From NCBI GenBank assembly GCA_044359385.1, contig JBIKMG010000003.1, positions 2,836 through 66,835 on the forward strand: DNA of 64,000 bases, in the 5' to 3' direction. The stretch's first letter is position 1. Every line of letters begins with the position of its first letter. The notes under the pieces are model-generated. The model was not told where the DNA came from and ran no database searches. It saw only the letters and a list, made by a program, of their open reading frames with translations. Shown here piece by piece: positions 19,685 to 30,129 of this stretch. Position numbers and translations under genes: made by a program. The DNA comes from Coxiellaceae bacterium. Lineage in GTDB: Bacteria > Pseudomonadota > Gammaproteobacteria > JAJRRL01.

Positions 19685-20671
19685 ATGTCTAGCTCCATCA
19701 TTTCTATTGCCCCTATGATGGGCTATACGAATAGATATTTTCGCGCCCTGTTGCGAATGATTTGCCCCAAAGCCTTGCTCTACACTGAGATGATCAGCAG
19801 TGCCGCTTTAGTTCGGCGTGAGCCTTCATACGTGGAGCACTTGTTGAATTTTTCAACTATGGAGCATCCTGTCGTCTTGCAGTTAGGCGGCTCTAACCCG
19901 CTTGAGTTGGCGCAAGCAGCTCGTATGGGGGAGCAGTGGGGATATGATGAGATAAATCTTAATGTTGGCTGCCCTAGCTCACGTGTTGCAGCGGGGAACT
20001 TCGGTGCTTGTTTGATGAAAAGTCCCGGTTTAGTGAGTGATTGTGTGAGTGCTATGAAGGAAGCGGTTGCGATACCGATAAGCGTTAAAACACGAACAGG
20101 CGTTGATGATCGAGATAGTTATGAAGAGCTTCAGGAATTCGTTGAGCAGGTTTCCAATGCAGGTTGTGAGCACTTTATTATTCATGCGCGCAAGGCTTGG
20201 CTGAGTGGTTTGAACCCTAGGCAAAATAGAGAACTTCCGCCGTTACGCTATGATTTGGTCTACCGTCTGAAAAAAGAATTTAATAAGCTGCATTTGGTGA
20301 TAAATGGTGGTATTACCGAGAGTGATTCTGTTTTTGAGCATCTGAAATATATGGATGGAGTCATGATTGGGCGAGCAGCGTATCAAAATCCAGTCTGGCT
20401 TCGAGAGTTGGCTGATATTTATGGAATGGGAGGAATGCCTTTTGCGGAGATTGTACAGGCCTATCTCCCAATTATGGAGGAGGGACTTCGTGATGGTGTG
20501 CCGATGGCTAAGCTCGCTGGCGGTATTGTTGGTTTGTTAAAGGGGATTCCAGGAGCTCGTCTGTTTCGGCAAAAAATATTTGATCCGGAGAAAAGCGGGA
20601 GTCAGATCATGGAGTTGATGTTGGAGGTGTCCCATGTATGGGTTCGAGTCAGTCAAGCTTTGGAGTATTAA
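19685..20671 (+). CDS. dusA: tRNA-dihydrouridine synthase A
   Basis: TIM-barrel Dus family. APMMGYTNRYFR is the N-terminus typical of DusA. Confidence 0.85.
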   Translation: MSSSIISIAPMMGYTNRYFRALLRMICPKALLYTEMISSAALVRREPSYVEHLLNFSTMEHPVVLQLGGSNPLELAQAARMGEQWGYDEINLNVGCPSSRVAAGNFGACLMKSPGLVSDCVSAMKEAVAIPISVKTRTGVDDRDSYEELQEFVEQVSNAGCEHFIIHARKAWLSGLNPRQNRELPPLRYDLVYRLKKEFNKLHLVINGGITESDSVFEHLKYMDGVMIGRAAYQNPVWLRELADIYGMGGMPFAEIVQAYLPIMEEGLRDGVPMAKLAGGIVGLLKGIPGARLFRQKIFDPEKSGSQIMELMLEVSHVWVRVSQALEY

Positions 20672-20704
20672 AGGCTTTAGTACGCTAAATGGATAAACGA
20701 ACAG

Positions 20705-20908
20705 CTACTTTTCGTAACGTTTTTTGAACTTAGCTAAACGACCACCGGTATCTACGGTACGGTGTTTTCCAGTGTAGGCAGGATGACATTTATCACATAC
20801 GTCAAGGTTCAAGCTTTTTGAACGAGATGTAGATTGAATAACGAATTTATTACCACAACTACACGTAATATCAACTTGGTGGTATGCTGGATGGATATCT
20901 GCTTGCAT
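20705..20908 (-). CDS. rpmE: 50S ribosomal protein L31 (zinc-binding type)
   Basis: 67 aa with a CxxC...CxxC motif and the C-terminal FKKRY. Confidence 0.9.
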   Translation of the reverse strand: MQADIHPAYHQVDITCSCGNKFVIQSTSRSKSLNLDVCDKCHPAYTGKHRTVDTGGRLAKFKKRYEK

Positions 20909-20990
20909 GCTTATACTCCCTATGTTTCTGAGCGGCGTACTATATCGTATCGAATGAAGCAGTGCAAGTTTTCGTTTTCAGGAGAAAAAA

Positions 20991-22118
20991 ATGCAGGGAC
21001 AGCCAGCTAGACCTCTTAAAAAAAACCCATTTTTATCGCGTTTTGCTTTTAGTGTTAGGGATGTCAGCATAGCCTTCCTGTTATTTTGTTCCATTGTTTA
21101 CTTAATGGCAGCTTTGCGAGGTATTTTTCCTAGAACGTTAACCCTTGCAATCATAGGTTCTCTTTTGGTCTTGATTGTCCTGGTTTCTTTGAGGGCAGTG
21201 GTGCAGTTACAAGTCTCTTCTTCTCGATTATCCAGAGGGGGGGCGGCTTGTCTTTTTCTTTCCTTTTTAGCGTGGGAAGCACCGTTTGATGGTGGCATTT
21301 TTATTGTCTTTTCTTTGCTTTGCCTTGCGCTCTCTATTGGGTTTTACCTGGGCTGCAGTTTGCTTGAGTTGGATAATTTAGATGGATCAAAGCTTGATAT
21401 CCAGTTTTTGCGCCCGATCATACGGAGGGCGGTATTATTGAAGCTTTTGGTCGCTTTGTTTTTAGGGATGCGCTGGGCTTTGGGTTGGTTTTTGGCGATG
21501 CGTTTGATGCTACTAGTCCCGGCTGTTGTATTGGTCGTAGAGTTACATAGCAAAAGATTACTTAAAAAGAATCAGCCATTGCTCATCCGTGGATACGTAA
21601 AAACAGAATGGGTCAATATGTTAGCATATGGTTTTTTTTTCGCAGGAATAGTTTTTCTGTTTTTGAATTTAGTCACTCGTTTTATAGGAAGTCTAGAAGG
21701 ACAGCATCCGTTTCAAAGTATTTTAGTTCTAATATTTGTTCTGTCTATGTACCTATTTAAGCCCTTGCGAGAAGCTTATCGCCATTATTTTTTATCCATA
21801 GCGGTCATTTTAATGTTGCTTGTTTCGGCTATCTTATATGCTGATACCGAGCCAGTCATATTTCTTTGGGTCATTATCGCCGTATTGGTTGGGGCAGCGC
21901 TCGGAGCTGGAGCGATTTCAATTAAAACAGCTTGTGCTGCTCGTGATCCCATGGCTAGAGTGCGATTGTTTTACGTAAGCGTGATTATCGCACTACTGGC
22001 CATAACTCTCTACCCGGTTGTTCACTATCTCTTAGGTCCACAGGTCAGTTTGATCTGTGCGCCAGCTATTCTTTTTTTTGCTTTATTGGCATCGTTTTTT
22101 GATAGTACTGAGCTGTAG
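20991..22118 (+). CDS. Hypothetical polytopic inner-membrane protein (about 10 TM)
   Basis: A long ORF with strong hydrophobic periodicity and no recognisable family. Confidence 0.55.
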   Translation: MQGQPARPLKKNPFLSRFAFSVRDVSIAFLLFCSIVYLMAALRGIFPRTLTLAIIGSLLVLIVLVSLRAVVQLQVSSSRLSRGGAACLFLSFLAWEAPFDGGIFIVFSLLCLALSIGFYLGCSLLELDNLDGSKLDIQFLRPIIRRAVLLKLLVALFLGMRWALGWFLAMRLMLLVPAVVLVVELHSKRLLKKNQPLLIRGYVKTEWVNMLAYGFFFAGIVFLFLNLVTRFIGSLEGQHPFQSILVLIFVLSMYLFKPLREAYRHYFLSIAVILMLLVSAILYADTEPVIFLWVIIAVLVGAALGAGAISIKTACAARDPMARVRLFYVSVIIALLAITLYPVVHYLLGPQVSLICAPAILFFALLASFFDSTEL

Positions 22119-22206
22119 TTGTGAAACATAGGCTGATTATAGCGAGTGCTAGCGTAGACAGAATCTAGCGCAGTAGCAGTATCTTAATACCTAGTTCAGC
22201 GAACGA

Positions 22207-23577
22207 TTAAGCATAAGCTAGGGGTTGTGCTTGAGTATTATCGAGGGGGATGTTTTCTAAGATGGATCTTGTTCGTCTAACTAGGGTGCAGGAGTGAGGA
22301 AGTTCGGTGGGCTTCCGATCAATACACCTTAAAAATTCCCGCTTGTGATCGGCTAAAGCCCAAAGAACAATCCCAATGACTAAACCTAAAGCCAAGCCTA
22401 CCACAATACACAAATAGATCAGTGGTGAGTAAAAGCGGTGTTTGCTAAGTGTTGCGTCCGTTGTTGTTATTTTTCCGATAGCATCACTTAGGTATCTAGT
22501 TTGTTGGCCGAGAATGGGTGTGTCGAGTGCCTCGCCTAATTTAGAAAGAATAGAGTCAATGAAAGGTGTTTTCGGACTATTATCTGAGCCATAGTAACGT
22601 AATAAGGTTATAGCGCTGTTTATCGACTGACGGTTAGCCTCTCGTCTAGCCGTGTAGGCACTGTTTCTTTCAGGGGCTTTTGTTAAAACCTCGATAGGAA
22701 ACCAAACGCGTACACCCGTATCATAGCCGGAGATCCTAGCTTCCTCTGTAAAAATAGAGGATTTTCGAGTTGAATTCTGGGCCATGGGATTGCTTGAAAC
22801 TTGGGTTTTTAGTTTACAAAAGTCCGGAATGGACTCTTTAGTTAATAAAAGATGGTCTAAATTTTCGCAACTAGTGTGGGTAAAAGCGAGCCCAAAGCAG
22901 ATGATTAGAAGTTGTAGTTTTCTTTGAACGACACACGTGTCATCAATTTCAATCTCTGTTTCGGGTAAGAGATTATCCAGCCATTCTTTAAAGTGAGCAA
23001 AAAAACGAGCGTAATAATCAAACTTTGTGTTTCCTGACTGCAATAGGTAACCTTGTTTTAGCCTACTTTCAAGGCTTAAGATTGCGGTAAATTTTAGATA
23101 GGCTTCTATGTTGACGCGGTCAGTGGGTATTTTAAGATAGCGTGCTATGACGCTGGCTTTGTGATTCCTTGATAGGGGTATCTGTGGTAGCCGGATAGCG
23201 TCCAGCTCTATAGAATCAAGCTCCATAGGGTCGATCTTCTCTTTGGGCTTTAGATGTTCAGGCTTAAAGCATTGGATCGTGACATTGCTGCTAACATCGA
23301 GGTAAGGCGCTGCTATAAGCCACCTAATGGCATCGTATAGTGGCAAGTTATCATCGGCTAGTTGAGAGAGCTCAGATCTTGGGATCTGATCAAGGTGGTC
23401 TATAGGAGTCGTATAAAGGGTTTTAGTTGTTGAAGTATCGATCGGATTTGAAAAAAGTCCACCAAGCAGCGCCATTAAGAGTTTTTTAATGGGTGGATAT
23501 TCATCGCTTGGGTTCTGGTCTGTTGTCGACATACTAGAAAATTTGCGATTAAGGTATGTTACTATTTCTCCTGGCAT
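22207..23577 (-). CDS. Hypothetical protein, 456 aa, with a single C-terminal TM helix (candidate secreted or host-targeted protein)
   Basis: An uninterrupted ORF with an AGGAG RBS and one TM helix (LIYLCIVVGLALGLVIGIVLWAL) about 60 aa from the C-terminus. No known domains. Confidence 0.55.
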   Translation of the reverse strand: MPGEIVTYLNRKFSSMSTTDQNPSDEYPPIKKLLMALLGGLFSNPIDTSTTKTLYTTPIDHLDQIPRSELSQLADDNLPLYDAIRWLIAAPYLDVSSNVTIQCFKPEHLKPKEKIDPMELDSIELDAIRLPQIPLSRNHKASVIARYLKIPTDRVNIEAYLKFTAILSLESRLKQGYLLQSGNTKFDYYARFFAHFKEWLDNLLPETEIEIDDTCVVQRKLQLLIICFGLAFTHTSCENLDHLLLTKESIPDFCKLKTQVSSNPMAQNSTRKSSIFTEEARISGYDTGVRVWFPIEVLTKAPERNSAYTARREANRQSINSAITLLRYYGSDNSPKTPFIDSILSKLGEALDTPILGQQTRYLSDAIGKITTTDATLSKHRFYSPLIYLCIVVGLALGLVIGIVLWALADHKREFLRCIDRKPTELPHSCTLVRRTRSILENIPLDNTQAQPLAYA

Positions 23578-23805
23578 AAAATAATTCTCCTGAGAAAATA
23601 ATTTCGGATCTAACTATCCGTATGTTACTCCTTTCATTTCAGCCATACACGGGTGAGTTATGTTTTTTATGTAAAAATGCTGACATATTGAGTTATTTTA
23701 GTCGGGCAAAAATTGCTGGATGTATATTCATTGAGAATGACTGGCCTTTTTTGGGTCTATTCCCTAAACTGAGTTAAGAATGGATTTTATGAATAGAGGG
23801 GCCCT

Positions 23806-24894
23806 ATGAAAAATTTGACTCTTTTTTGTGGTGGTTGCTCCACAGAACACGATATTACATTTTTATCAGCGCAAAATATAATCAACTCTGTTGACCGCTC
23901 TCAGTACGATTTAACGATTATTTATATATCACCGGATAGTGGTTGGTACCGTTTATGTACCCCAAGTTCGTGGGAGCTTCTGATAAAAGGCGAGAAAATA
24001 GAGGATGAAAATCATTTTCAGCCGGTAGGGGTTGCCTTTGGTGACCCTAAGTATCCTTGGGTTTCACTTCAAGATGCAAGTCTGCGTTACCCTGCAGATG
24101 TGGTCTTTCCAGTGTTGCACGGAACACAAGGAGAAGATGGTTGTATTCAAGGGTTGCTCACTATTTTGGGTGTGCCATTTGTAGGAGCGGATACGCTCAC
24201 ATCGGCGTTGTTAATGAATAAAATTAAAACGAAACAAATTCTGCAGCAAGCAGGAATACCTTGCGTCCCATTTAAAGCGTTTGCACATTTATCAGTATAT
24301 GAAAAAGAAGCACGAGATTGTTTTCATGCTTTTGGTGAAGATGTATTTATTAAGGCTGCAAACCTAGGTTCGTCAGTTGGTGTATTTCATGTGAAAGATG
24401 AAAAACAGATCAAAAATGCCTTTGATTCCATATTCCAATTTGATGAGTGGGCCATGATGGAACCCACAGTGATTGGTCGCGAGATTGAGGTCGCTGTCTT
24501 AGGTAACCGCAATGCGTGGCAGATGGCAGGTCCTGGCGAGATTCTTGTAAAATCTGATTTTTATAGCTTTGATGCGAAGTATAAGGATCTTGATTCTGCA
24601 GAACCGTTGTCAGCAGCAAAAGTGACAGCACAAGAGCGTGAGCATATCTTTTCAATCGCTCAAAAAGTTGCAGAGGCAACTGATTGTGAAGGTATGTGTC
24701 GTGTTGATGGGTTTTTAACGGACGAGGACTTTTTTATCAGTGAGATAAATACAATCCCTGGGTTTACGAATATGAGTCTCTATCCCGGGATGTGGCGAGA
24801 GGCAAATAAATCAACCCCTGTGTTGATTCATGATTTATTAGATCTCGCTTTTTCACGGCATCATCGATTAAGTCGTTTGCGGCGTTCGTTTTAG
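23806..24894 (+). CDS. ddl: D-alanine--D-alanine ligase (ATP-grasp)
   Basis: N-terminal LFCGGCSTEHDITFLSA and the ATP-grasp core (EPTVIGREIEVAVLG, FYSFDAKY) match the Ddl family. Confidence 0.8.
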   Translation: MKNLTLFCGGCSTEHDITFLSAQNIINSVDRSQYDLTIIYISPDSGWYRLCTPSSWELLIKGEKIEDENHFQPVGVAFGDPKYPWVSLQDASLRYPADVVFPVLHGTQGEDGCIQGLLTILGVPFVGADTLTSALLMNKIKTKQILQQAGIPCVPFKAFAHLSVYEKEARDCFHAFGEDVFIKAANLGSSVGVFHVKDEKQIKNAFDSIFQFDEWAMMEPTVIGREIEVAVLGNRNAWQMAGPGEILVKSDFYSFDAKYKDLDSAEPLSAAKVTAQEREHIFSIAQKVAEATDCEGMCRVDGFLTDEDFFISEINTIPGFTNMSLYPGMWREANKSTPVLIHDLLDLAFSRHHRLSRLRRSF

Positions 24895-24908
24895 GGTTAA
24901 GGTTTTCT

Positions 24909-27900
24909 ATGACATTTATTCATTTGCATTTGCATACGGAATTTTCTATCTGCGATAGCTTAATTCGAATACCTCAATTGGTTCAGCGGTTGTCTGTAGA
25001 AAAAGTACCGGCGGTTGCGATGACGGATTGGATGAATATGTTTGCGGTTATAAAATTTTATCAAAAAACATCCGCTGCAGGAATTAAACCGATTATTGGT
25101 GCTGAAGTGGTTATTAAAAATGGAACGGATACGGGCAGTTGTTTATTGTTATGTATGAATAATAAAGGATATCGGCAACTGACTGAGCTTGTTTCGTATG
25201 CTTATACGCATCGTAGAGGCAATGATGTGTTCATTCCTTGGGGTGAATTGAAATTAAAATGTGAAAATTTGATAGCGATCCTTCCTTCAACTTCAATGCT
25301 TAGTCACGCTGTTGATTCCAAGAGGCATGAGCGTTTTCAGGAGATTTTGAAAGAATGGAGTGAGGCATTTTCAAATCGTTTGTATTTATCTCTCGAACGG
25401 GTAGGGAGGCCAAATGAGCATGTTCGAAACAATGCATTCATGGACTTGGCTCAGGAGCACGATTTACCTGTTGTCGCAACAAATGCCGTTTGCTTTTTAG
25501 ATGAAATGGATTTTGAAGCGCATGAAGCACGCGTTTGTATTAATCAAAGTAGGGTGTTGGCAGATTCGAATCGGCCGAAGTTACATCAGCGTCAACAGTA
25601 TTTGCGCAGCGCAGCTGAGATGGAGCTGCTTTTTGAAGATTGCCCATCGGCTATAGAAAATAGTTTTGAAATTGCTAAACGATGCAATGTTAAACTGGAG
25701 TTAGGTAAGGTGTTTTTACCTACGTTTCAGGTCCCAGAAGGCAGAACGTTGGGTGAGCATTTAGAGCTAGAATCGCAGGCGGGCCTAGTAAAACGTGTTG
25801 GTATCGAAAGGGCGCAAGAGTTGATGTATCAAGAGCGCTTGAAGCATGAGGTTTCTGTAATTGATGCAATGGGTTTTCCGGGCTATTTCTTAATTGTTGC
25901 TGATTTTATTCGCTGGGCAAAGGAACAAAAGATTCCAGTTGGACCAGGCAGGGGGTCTGGTGCAGGTTCATTGGTTGCCTATGTTCTGGGCATTACAGAG
26001 TTAGATCCACTAAAGTTTGAGCTTTTGTTTGAACGTTTTCTAAATCCTGAACGGGTATCCATGCCCGATTTTGATATCGATTTTTGCATGAGTAGTCGAG
26101 ATCGGGTGATTGACTATGTGGCCAATCGTTATGGGCATAATGCCGTATCGCAGATTATCACCTATGGAACCATGGCAGCTAAAGCAGTTATTCGAGATGT
26201 GGGTCGTGTCATGGGATTTCCATATGGCTTTGTTGATGCGATTGCGAAATTAGTGCCTTTTGAGTTGGGAATTACATTAGAGAAAGCTTTGCAGCAAGAG
26301 CCTATGCTTAAAGAACGTTATGATACAGAAGAGGATGTTCGTTCATTGATTGATATGGCGAAAAATTTGGAAGGGTTAACGCGCAATGCTGGCAAACATG
26401 CGGGTGGAGTCGTTATTGCACCGACAAAACTGACTGATTTTACACCGATTTACTGTGAGGCGGATAGCGAGAGCTTGCTTTCGCAGTTTGATAAAGATGA
26501 TGTCGAGGCTGTTGGTCTCGTGAAATTTGACTTTCTAGGATTGCGTACGTTGACGATTATCGATGAGACCATCGATTTAATTGAAAACAATCCACGATAT
26601 CGATTAAAGAGTCGTATAGATATCAATCAGATTCCCTTGAATTGCGATAAAACCTTTGATTTGTTACGTCGTTGTGAAACTTCCGCTGTTTTTCAGTTGG
26701 AATCACGAGGAATGAAGGATTTGATTCATCGACTACAGCCTGATCGTTTTGAGGATTTAATTGCTTTGGTGGCTTTATTTCGTCCGGGTCCTTTGCAATC
26801 GGGAATGGTGGATGATTTTATTGATCGTAAGCAAGGACGGCAAAAGGTCGATTATTTTCATCCAGAGTTGAAACCTATTTTAGAAGATACCTACGGTGTC
26901 ATTCTTTATCAAGAGCAGGTGATGAAGATTGCGCAGGTATTGGCTTCGTACTCACTAGGCGCGGCAGATTTGTTGCGTCGAGCGATGGGAAAGAAAAACA
27001 CGCAAGAGATGGCGAAGCAGCGTGAGGTATTTTTAACGGGTTCAACAGCTCGCTCCATTGAGCCTAAAAAAGCGAACGATATTTTTGATATCATGGAGAA
27101 ATTTGCGGGTTATGGATTTAATAAATCGCACTCAGCTGCTTATGCCTTAATCGCATATCAAACGGCATGGTTAAAAGCGCATTATCCAGCAGAATTTATG
27201 GCGGCTGTTTTGTCTTCAGATATGGATAATACCGATAAGGTATTTGCATTTTATCAAGAAACAAAGCGAATGAAATGTCAGGTCTTACCTCCTTGCGTAA
27301 ATAAAAGTCGTTATCATTTTTCAGTAGATGAAAATGCAGCAATCATCTATGGTTTGGGTGCGATTAAAGGTTTTGGTGAGTCTGCTATTTTGCATTTAAT
27401 ACAAGAGCGTGAAAAAAACGGACCGTTTACTGATTTATTTGATTTTACAAAGCGTTTGGATCTACAAAAAATATCCAGACGTGTCCTGGAGCCCCTGGTT
27501 AGCTCTGGTGCGATGGATTGTTTTCAACAAACGCGAGCAACGTTATTGGCGACGATGGAATCAGCCCATAAAGCAGCACAACAGCATCAGTTAGATAGAG
27601 TAAGTGGGCAAAAAAGTTTGTTTGCGCCAGAGCAGGAAAAGGGGGCGTCATTCAGTTATCAACGAGAAAAAGAGTGGGATGCTTTAACACGTTTGCGTCA
27701 TGAAAAAATGGCATTAGGGTATTATTATTCAGGTCACCCAACGCAGGTTTCTGAAAAAGAGTTGGATTCTGTTCTGACAGCCAGGTGTGGAAATCTCAGT
27801 TCGCAAAAAAATAAGGTGATTTTAGCTGGTGTGGTTTCTGCTAATCGAACGGTTATAACCAAGCAGGGTAAGCGTATGGCGATAGTTACGATTGAGGATA

Positions 27901-28325
27901 CTTCGGGATCTGCAGAAGTAACCGTTTTTAATGAGTTGTATTTGAAGGTAATGAATTTATTAAACTCGGATGAGGTGTTGATCATCAGTGGCCATGTCAG
28001 TTTGGATAGCTTCACCAAATCAATGAAAGTAGTCGCAGAGTCTGTTCATACCTTGGATCAAATTCGTTTTGCGCGTGCGCGCAAGCTTTTACTCCGAGCG
28101 AAGGATTCAGATGAGTTGAATCACCTATGTGAAAAGCTACCAATAGTCTTAAAGCCTTATTTGGGAGGGAAATGTCGTGTAGTGGTACATTATCAAAGTC
28201 CGGAAGGTTTAGCGCCGGTTGCTTTTGGTGATGACTGGCTTGTTCATCCCACGGCAGATTTACTGCTAGCACTGAGTCATGTACTCGAGGCAGATGCATT
28301 TAAATTGATTTATTCGATGCGCTAG
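24909..28325 (+). CDS. dnaE: DNA polymerase III alpha subunit
   Basis: 1138 aa with an N-terminal PHP domain (HLHLHTEFS), polymerase core, and OB-fold tail. Confidence 0.95.
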   Translation: MTFIHLHLHTEFSICDSLIRIPQLVQRLSVEKVPAVAMTDWMNMFAVIKFYQKTSAAGIKPIIGAEVVIKNGTDTGSCLLLCMNNKGYRQLTELVSYAYTHRRGNDVFIPWGELKLKCENLIAILPSTSMLSHAVDSKRHERFQEILKEWSEAFSNRLYLSLERVGRPNEHVRNNAFMDLAQEHDLPVVATNAVCFLDEMDFEAHEARVCINQSRVLADSNRPKLHQRQQYLRSAAEMELLFEDCPSAIENSFEIAKRCNVKLELGKVFLPTFQVPEGRTLGEHLELESQAGLVKRVGIERAQELMYQERLKHEVSVIDAMGFPGYFLIVADFIRWAKEQKIPVGPGRGSGAGSLVAYVLGITELDPLKFELLFERFLNPERVSMPDFDIDFCMSSRDRVIDYVANRYGHNAVSQIITYGTMAAKAVIRDVGRVMGFPYGFVDAIAKLVPFELGITLEKALQQEPMLKERYDTEEDVRSLIDMAKNLEGLTRNAGKHAGGVVIAPTKLTDFTPIYCEADSESLLSQFDKDDVEAVGLVKFDFLGLRTLTIIDETIDLIENNPRYRLKSRIDINQIPLNCDKTFDLLRRCETSAVFQLESRGMKDLIHRLQPDRFEDLIALVALFRPGPLQSGMVDDFIDRKQGRQKVDYFHPELKPILEDTYGVILYQEQVMKIAQVLASYSLGAADLLRRAMGKKNTQEMAKQREVFLTGSTARSIEPKKANDIFDIMEKFAGYGFNKSHSAAYALIAYQTAWLKAHYPAEFMAAVLSSDMDNTDKVFAFYQETKRMKCQVLPPCVNKSRYHFSVDENAAIIYGLGAIKGFGESAILHLIQEREKNGPFTDLFDFTKRLDLQKISRRVLEPLVSSGAMDCFQQTRATLLATMESAHKAAQQHQLDRVSGQKSLFAPEQEKGASFSYQREKEWDALTRLRHEKMALGYYYSGHPTQVSEKELDSVLTARCGNLSSQKNKVILAGVVSANRTVITKQGKRMAIVTIEDTSGSAEVTVFNELYLKVMNLLNSDEVLIISGHVSLDSFTKSMKVVAESVHTLDQIRFARARKLLLRAKDSDELNHLCEKLPIVLKPYLGGKCRVVVHYQSPEGLAPVAFGDDWLVHPTADLLLALSHVLEADAFKLIYSMR

Positions 28326-28951
28326 TTTTTTCGGGCAAAGGCGGATCTCAGCTTTTTAAAGCGTGCACTGCGCTTATGTTTGTTGTGATGCTTTTTGTAG
28401 GCTTCGGGAGAGGCCATGTAGTTAACCATAATCGCACGTCTTTTAGCTGCTAGCGGCAAATGGCCGTGCCAACAGTTATCAGTGACTTTAAAAATAAACA
28501 TGTTACCCATGATAGGAGAGAGCTCTTTATCATAGTCTTCGATGTTGTCGCCGCTTCTTAGTACACGAATTTTTCCGGCATCGTGTGTCCAAGTGTCATT
28601 TAAGTAAAGTAAAATAGTGGCTACTTTGTCAGGTGTATCAACATGGATACGGCCATCTCGTTGCCTAGAAAATCCACGAACCGTCATTAAGGTGGGGTTG
28701 TTAGAAAGATTCATATCAAGTTTTTTTCCGATAATATCGCGTAACCGTTGGCTATCAAGCTCTTGCAACAAAGCAGCAAATGACGGACCACACTCAATAC
28801 TTTCAGGTGGAACAAGTCCTGGAAAGGTAAAAGTAGGAAAATCTCGAGTGAGGTTTTCTTGTGATAATAAGGTTTCTTCAATCAGCATGTGAGGATAAGG
28901 TTCGTTATGTGTAGTTGCATTTTCAATTTGTGGCCAATTAATGGTTTCCAT
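28322..28951 (-). CDS. 2OG-Fe(II) oxygenase superfamily protein (prolyl-4-hydroxylase-like)
   Basis: HxD...H iron triad (HVDTPD ... WHGH) and the ILLYLND.W signature. Its 5' end overlaps the downstream GT9 gene, and its 3' end overlaps the dnaE stop on the opposite strand. Confidence 0.65.
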   Translation of the reverse strand: METINWPQIENATTHNEPYPHMLIEETLLSQENLTRDFPTFTFPGLVPPESIECGPSFAALLQELDSQRLRDIIGKKLDMNLSNNPTLMTVRGFSRQRDGRIHVDTPDKVATILLYLNDTWTHDAGKIRVLRSGDNIEDYDKELSPIMGNMFIFKVTDNCWHGHLPLAAKRRAIMVNYMASPEAYKKHHNKHKRSARFKKLRSAFARKN

Positions 28952-30014
28952 CTTTTTTCCTATATGTTTTCGTGTGTCCTAGGGTTTTTAATAGCTCGCA
29001 GCAATGCTCGTAGACAGTATTCGTCTCAATGAGTTGCATGGCTTTGGAAGAGTGTACGCGTAAGTTCCAAGAGGTTTGGGAGGGGTCTTTTTTTAGAATA
29101 GTTTTGACTGCTTCGTCGTATCTATCTACACAGTGATTGATCGAATAATACGGGCCTGTTTTCTTGGCTTTCATCACTGCATAAAGCCCAACAACCGGAG
29201 TTCCCATCGCATTTGCCAAGTGCGCAGGTCCTGTGTCAGGGGCGATGAGTAAGTCGCATCGCTTGAATAGAGCGCAAAGTTCTTTGAGCGAAGTTTTATT
29301 ATGGGCATCAATAGCATCTGTCTGTTCTAGAATCATTTGGCATGCACTACGAGAGGCATGATCTGAGCCACCAACTAGAAGAATTTGAGCGTCCCAATTT
29401 TTTTGCAATTTTTTTGCGACTTCAGCAAATCGATCGGCTGGCCAGTTTCTTTCTTTTTTGCTGCTGACTGGACAGATAGCAATAATCGGTTTCTTGGTGT
29501 GAGGAATCAGTGTTTCTGCGTAGATTATATCAGTCTGAGAAAGTGATATCTCCCATTTCGGTGGTTCTTTGGGAACACCAATAGCTTCTGCAAAACGCAG
29601 GAAACTATGGACTAAGTGCTCTTCTATCGAGGTGACCTTCTTATCAATAAATTTAGATTGAAAGTCTTTGCTATGTAGCTTGTCAAAACCGTATTTAATG
29701 TCTGCAGAAAGAAAAAGAGAAAGCAGGTTAGAGCGCATGCTAGATTGAGGCATGAGTAAGATATCGAATTCATAGCAGCTCAGTATTTTTTGGCATTGTC
29801 GCCAGTCAAGTAAGGAGTGGGGTTTTTTTATTTTGATAAGTTTAATGCCCTTCAAGTCTTCAACCAGTTCAGACATATTTTCATCAATAATCCAAAAGAT
29901 TTGGCTTTGAGAAAAGTGATCCCGTAGTGCAATCAGTAGGGGGATGGTCATGCAGATATCACCCAGGGCAGCTGTTCGAAGGACCGCAATTTTATGGAAA
30001 GAGGGGTTACTCAC
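28938..30014 (-). CDS. Glycosyltransferase family 9 (ADP-heptose:LPS heptosyltransferase-like)
   Basis: Full-length GT9 architecture with the DTGPAHLANAMGTP motif. Confidence 0.8.
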   Translation of the reverse strand: MSNPSFHKIAVLRTAALGDICMTIPLLIALRDHFSQSQIFWIIDENMSELVEDLKGIKLIKIKKPHSLLDWRQCQKILSCYEFDILLMPQSSMRSNLLSLFLSADIKYGFDKLHSKDFQSKFIDKKVTSIEEHLVHSFLRFAEAIGVPKEPPKWEISLSQTDIIYAETLIPHTKKPIIAICPVSSKKERNWPADRFAEVAKKLQKNWDAQILLVGGSDHASRSACQMILEQTDAIDAHNKTSLKELCALFKRCDLLIAPDTGPAHLANAMGTPVVGLYAVMKAKKTGPYYSINHCVDRYDEAVKTILKKDPSQTSWNLRVHSSKAMQLIETNTVYEHCCELLKTLGHTKTYRKKDGNH

Positions 30015-30129
30015 AGTGGCATCATCTTGGTGAGGGAGTCATTGTTGGTGAGCATAAAAACGTCCATTTTTCACCCATCTGATTCGCCAAAAATGGCTTT
30101 TCATCAGAAGTTTATCATTTTTTTAAGTG

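Noticed and set aside
28012-28299. 95-aa and 94-aa minus-strand ORFs within the dnaE 3' region
   Set aside because: They are embedded antisense in a strongly conserved CDS.
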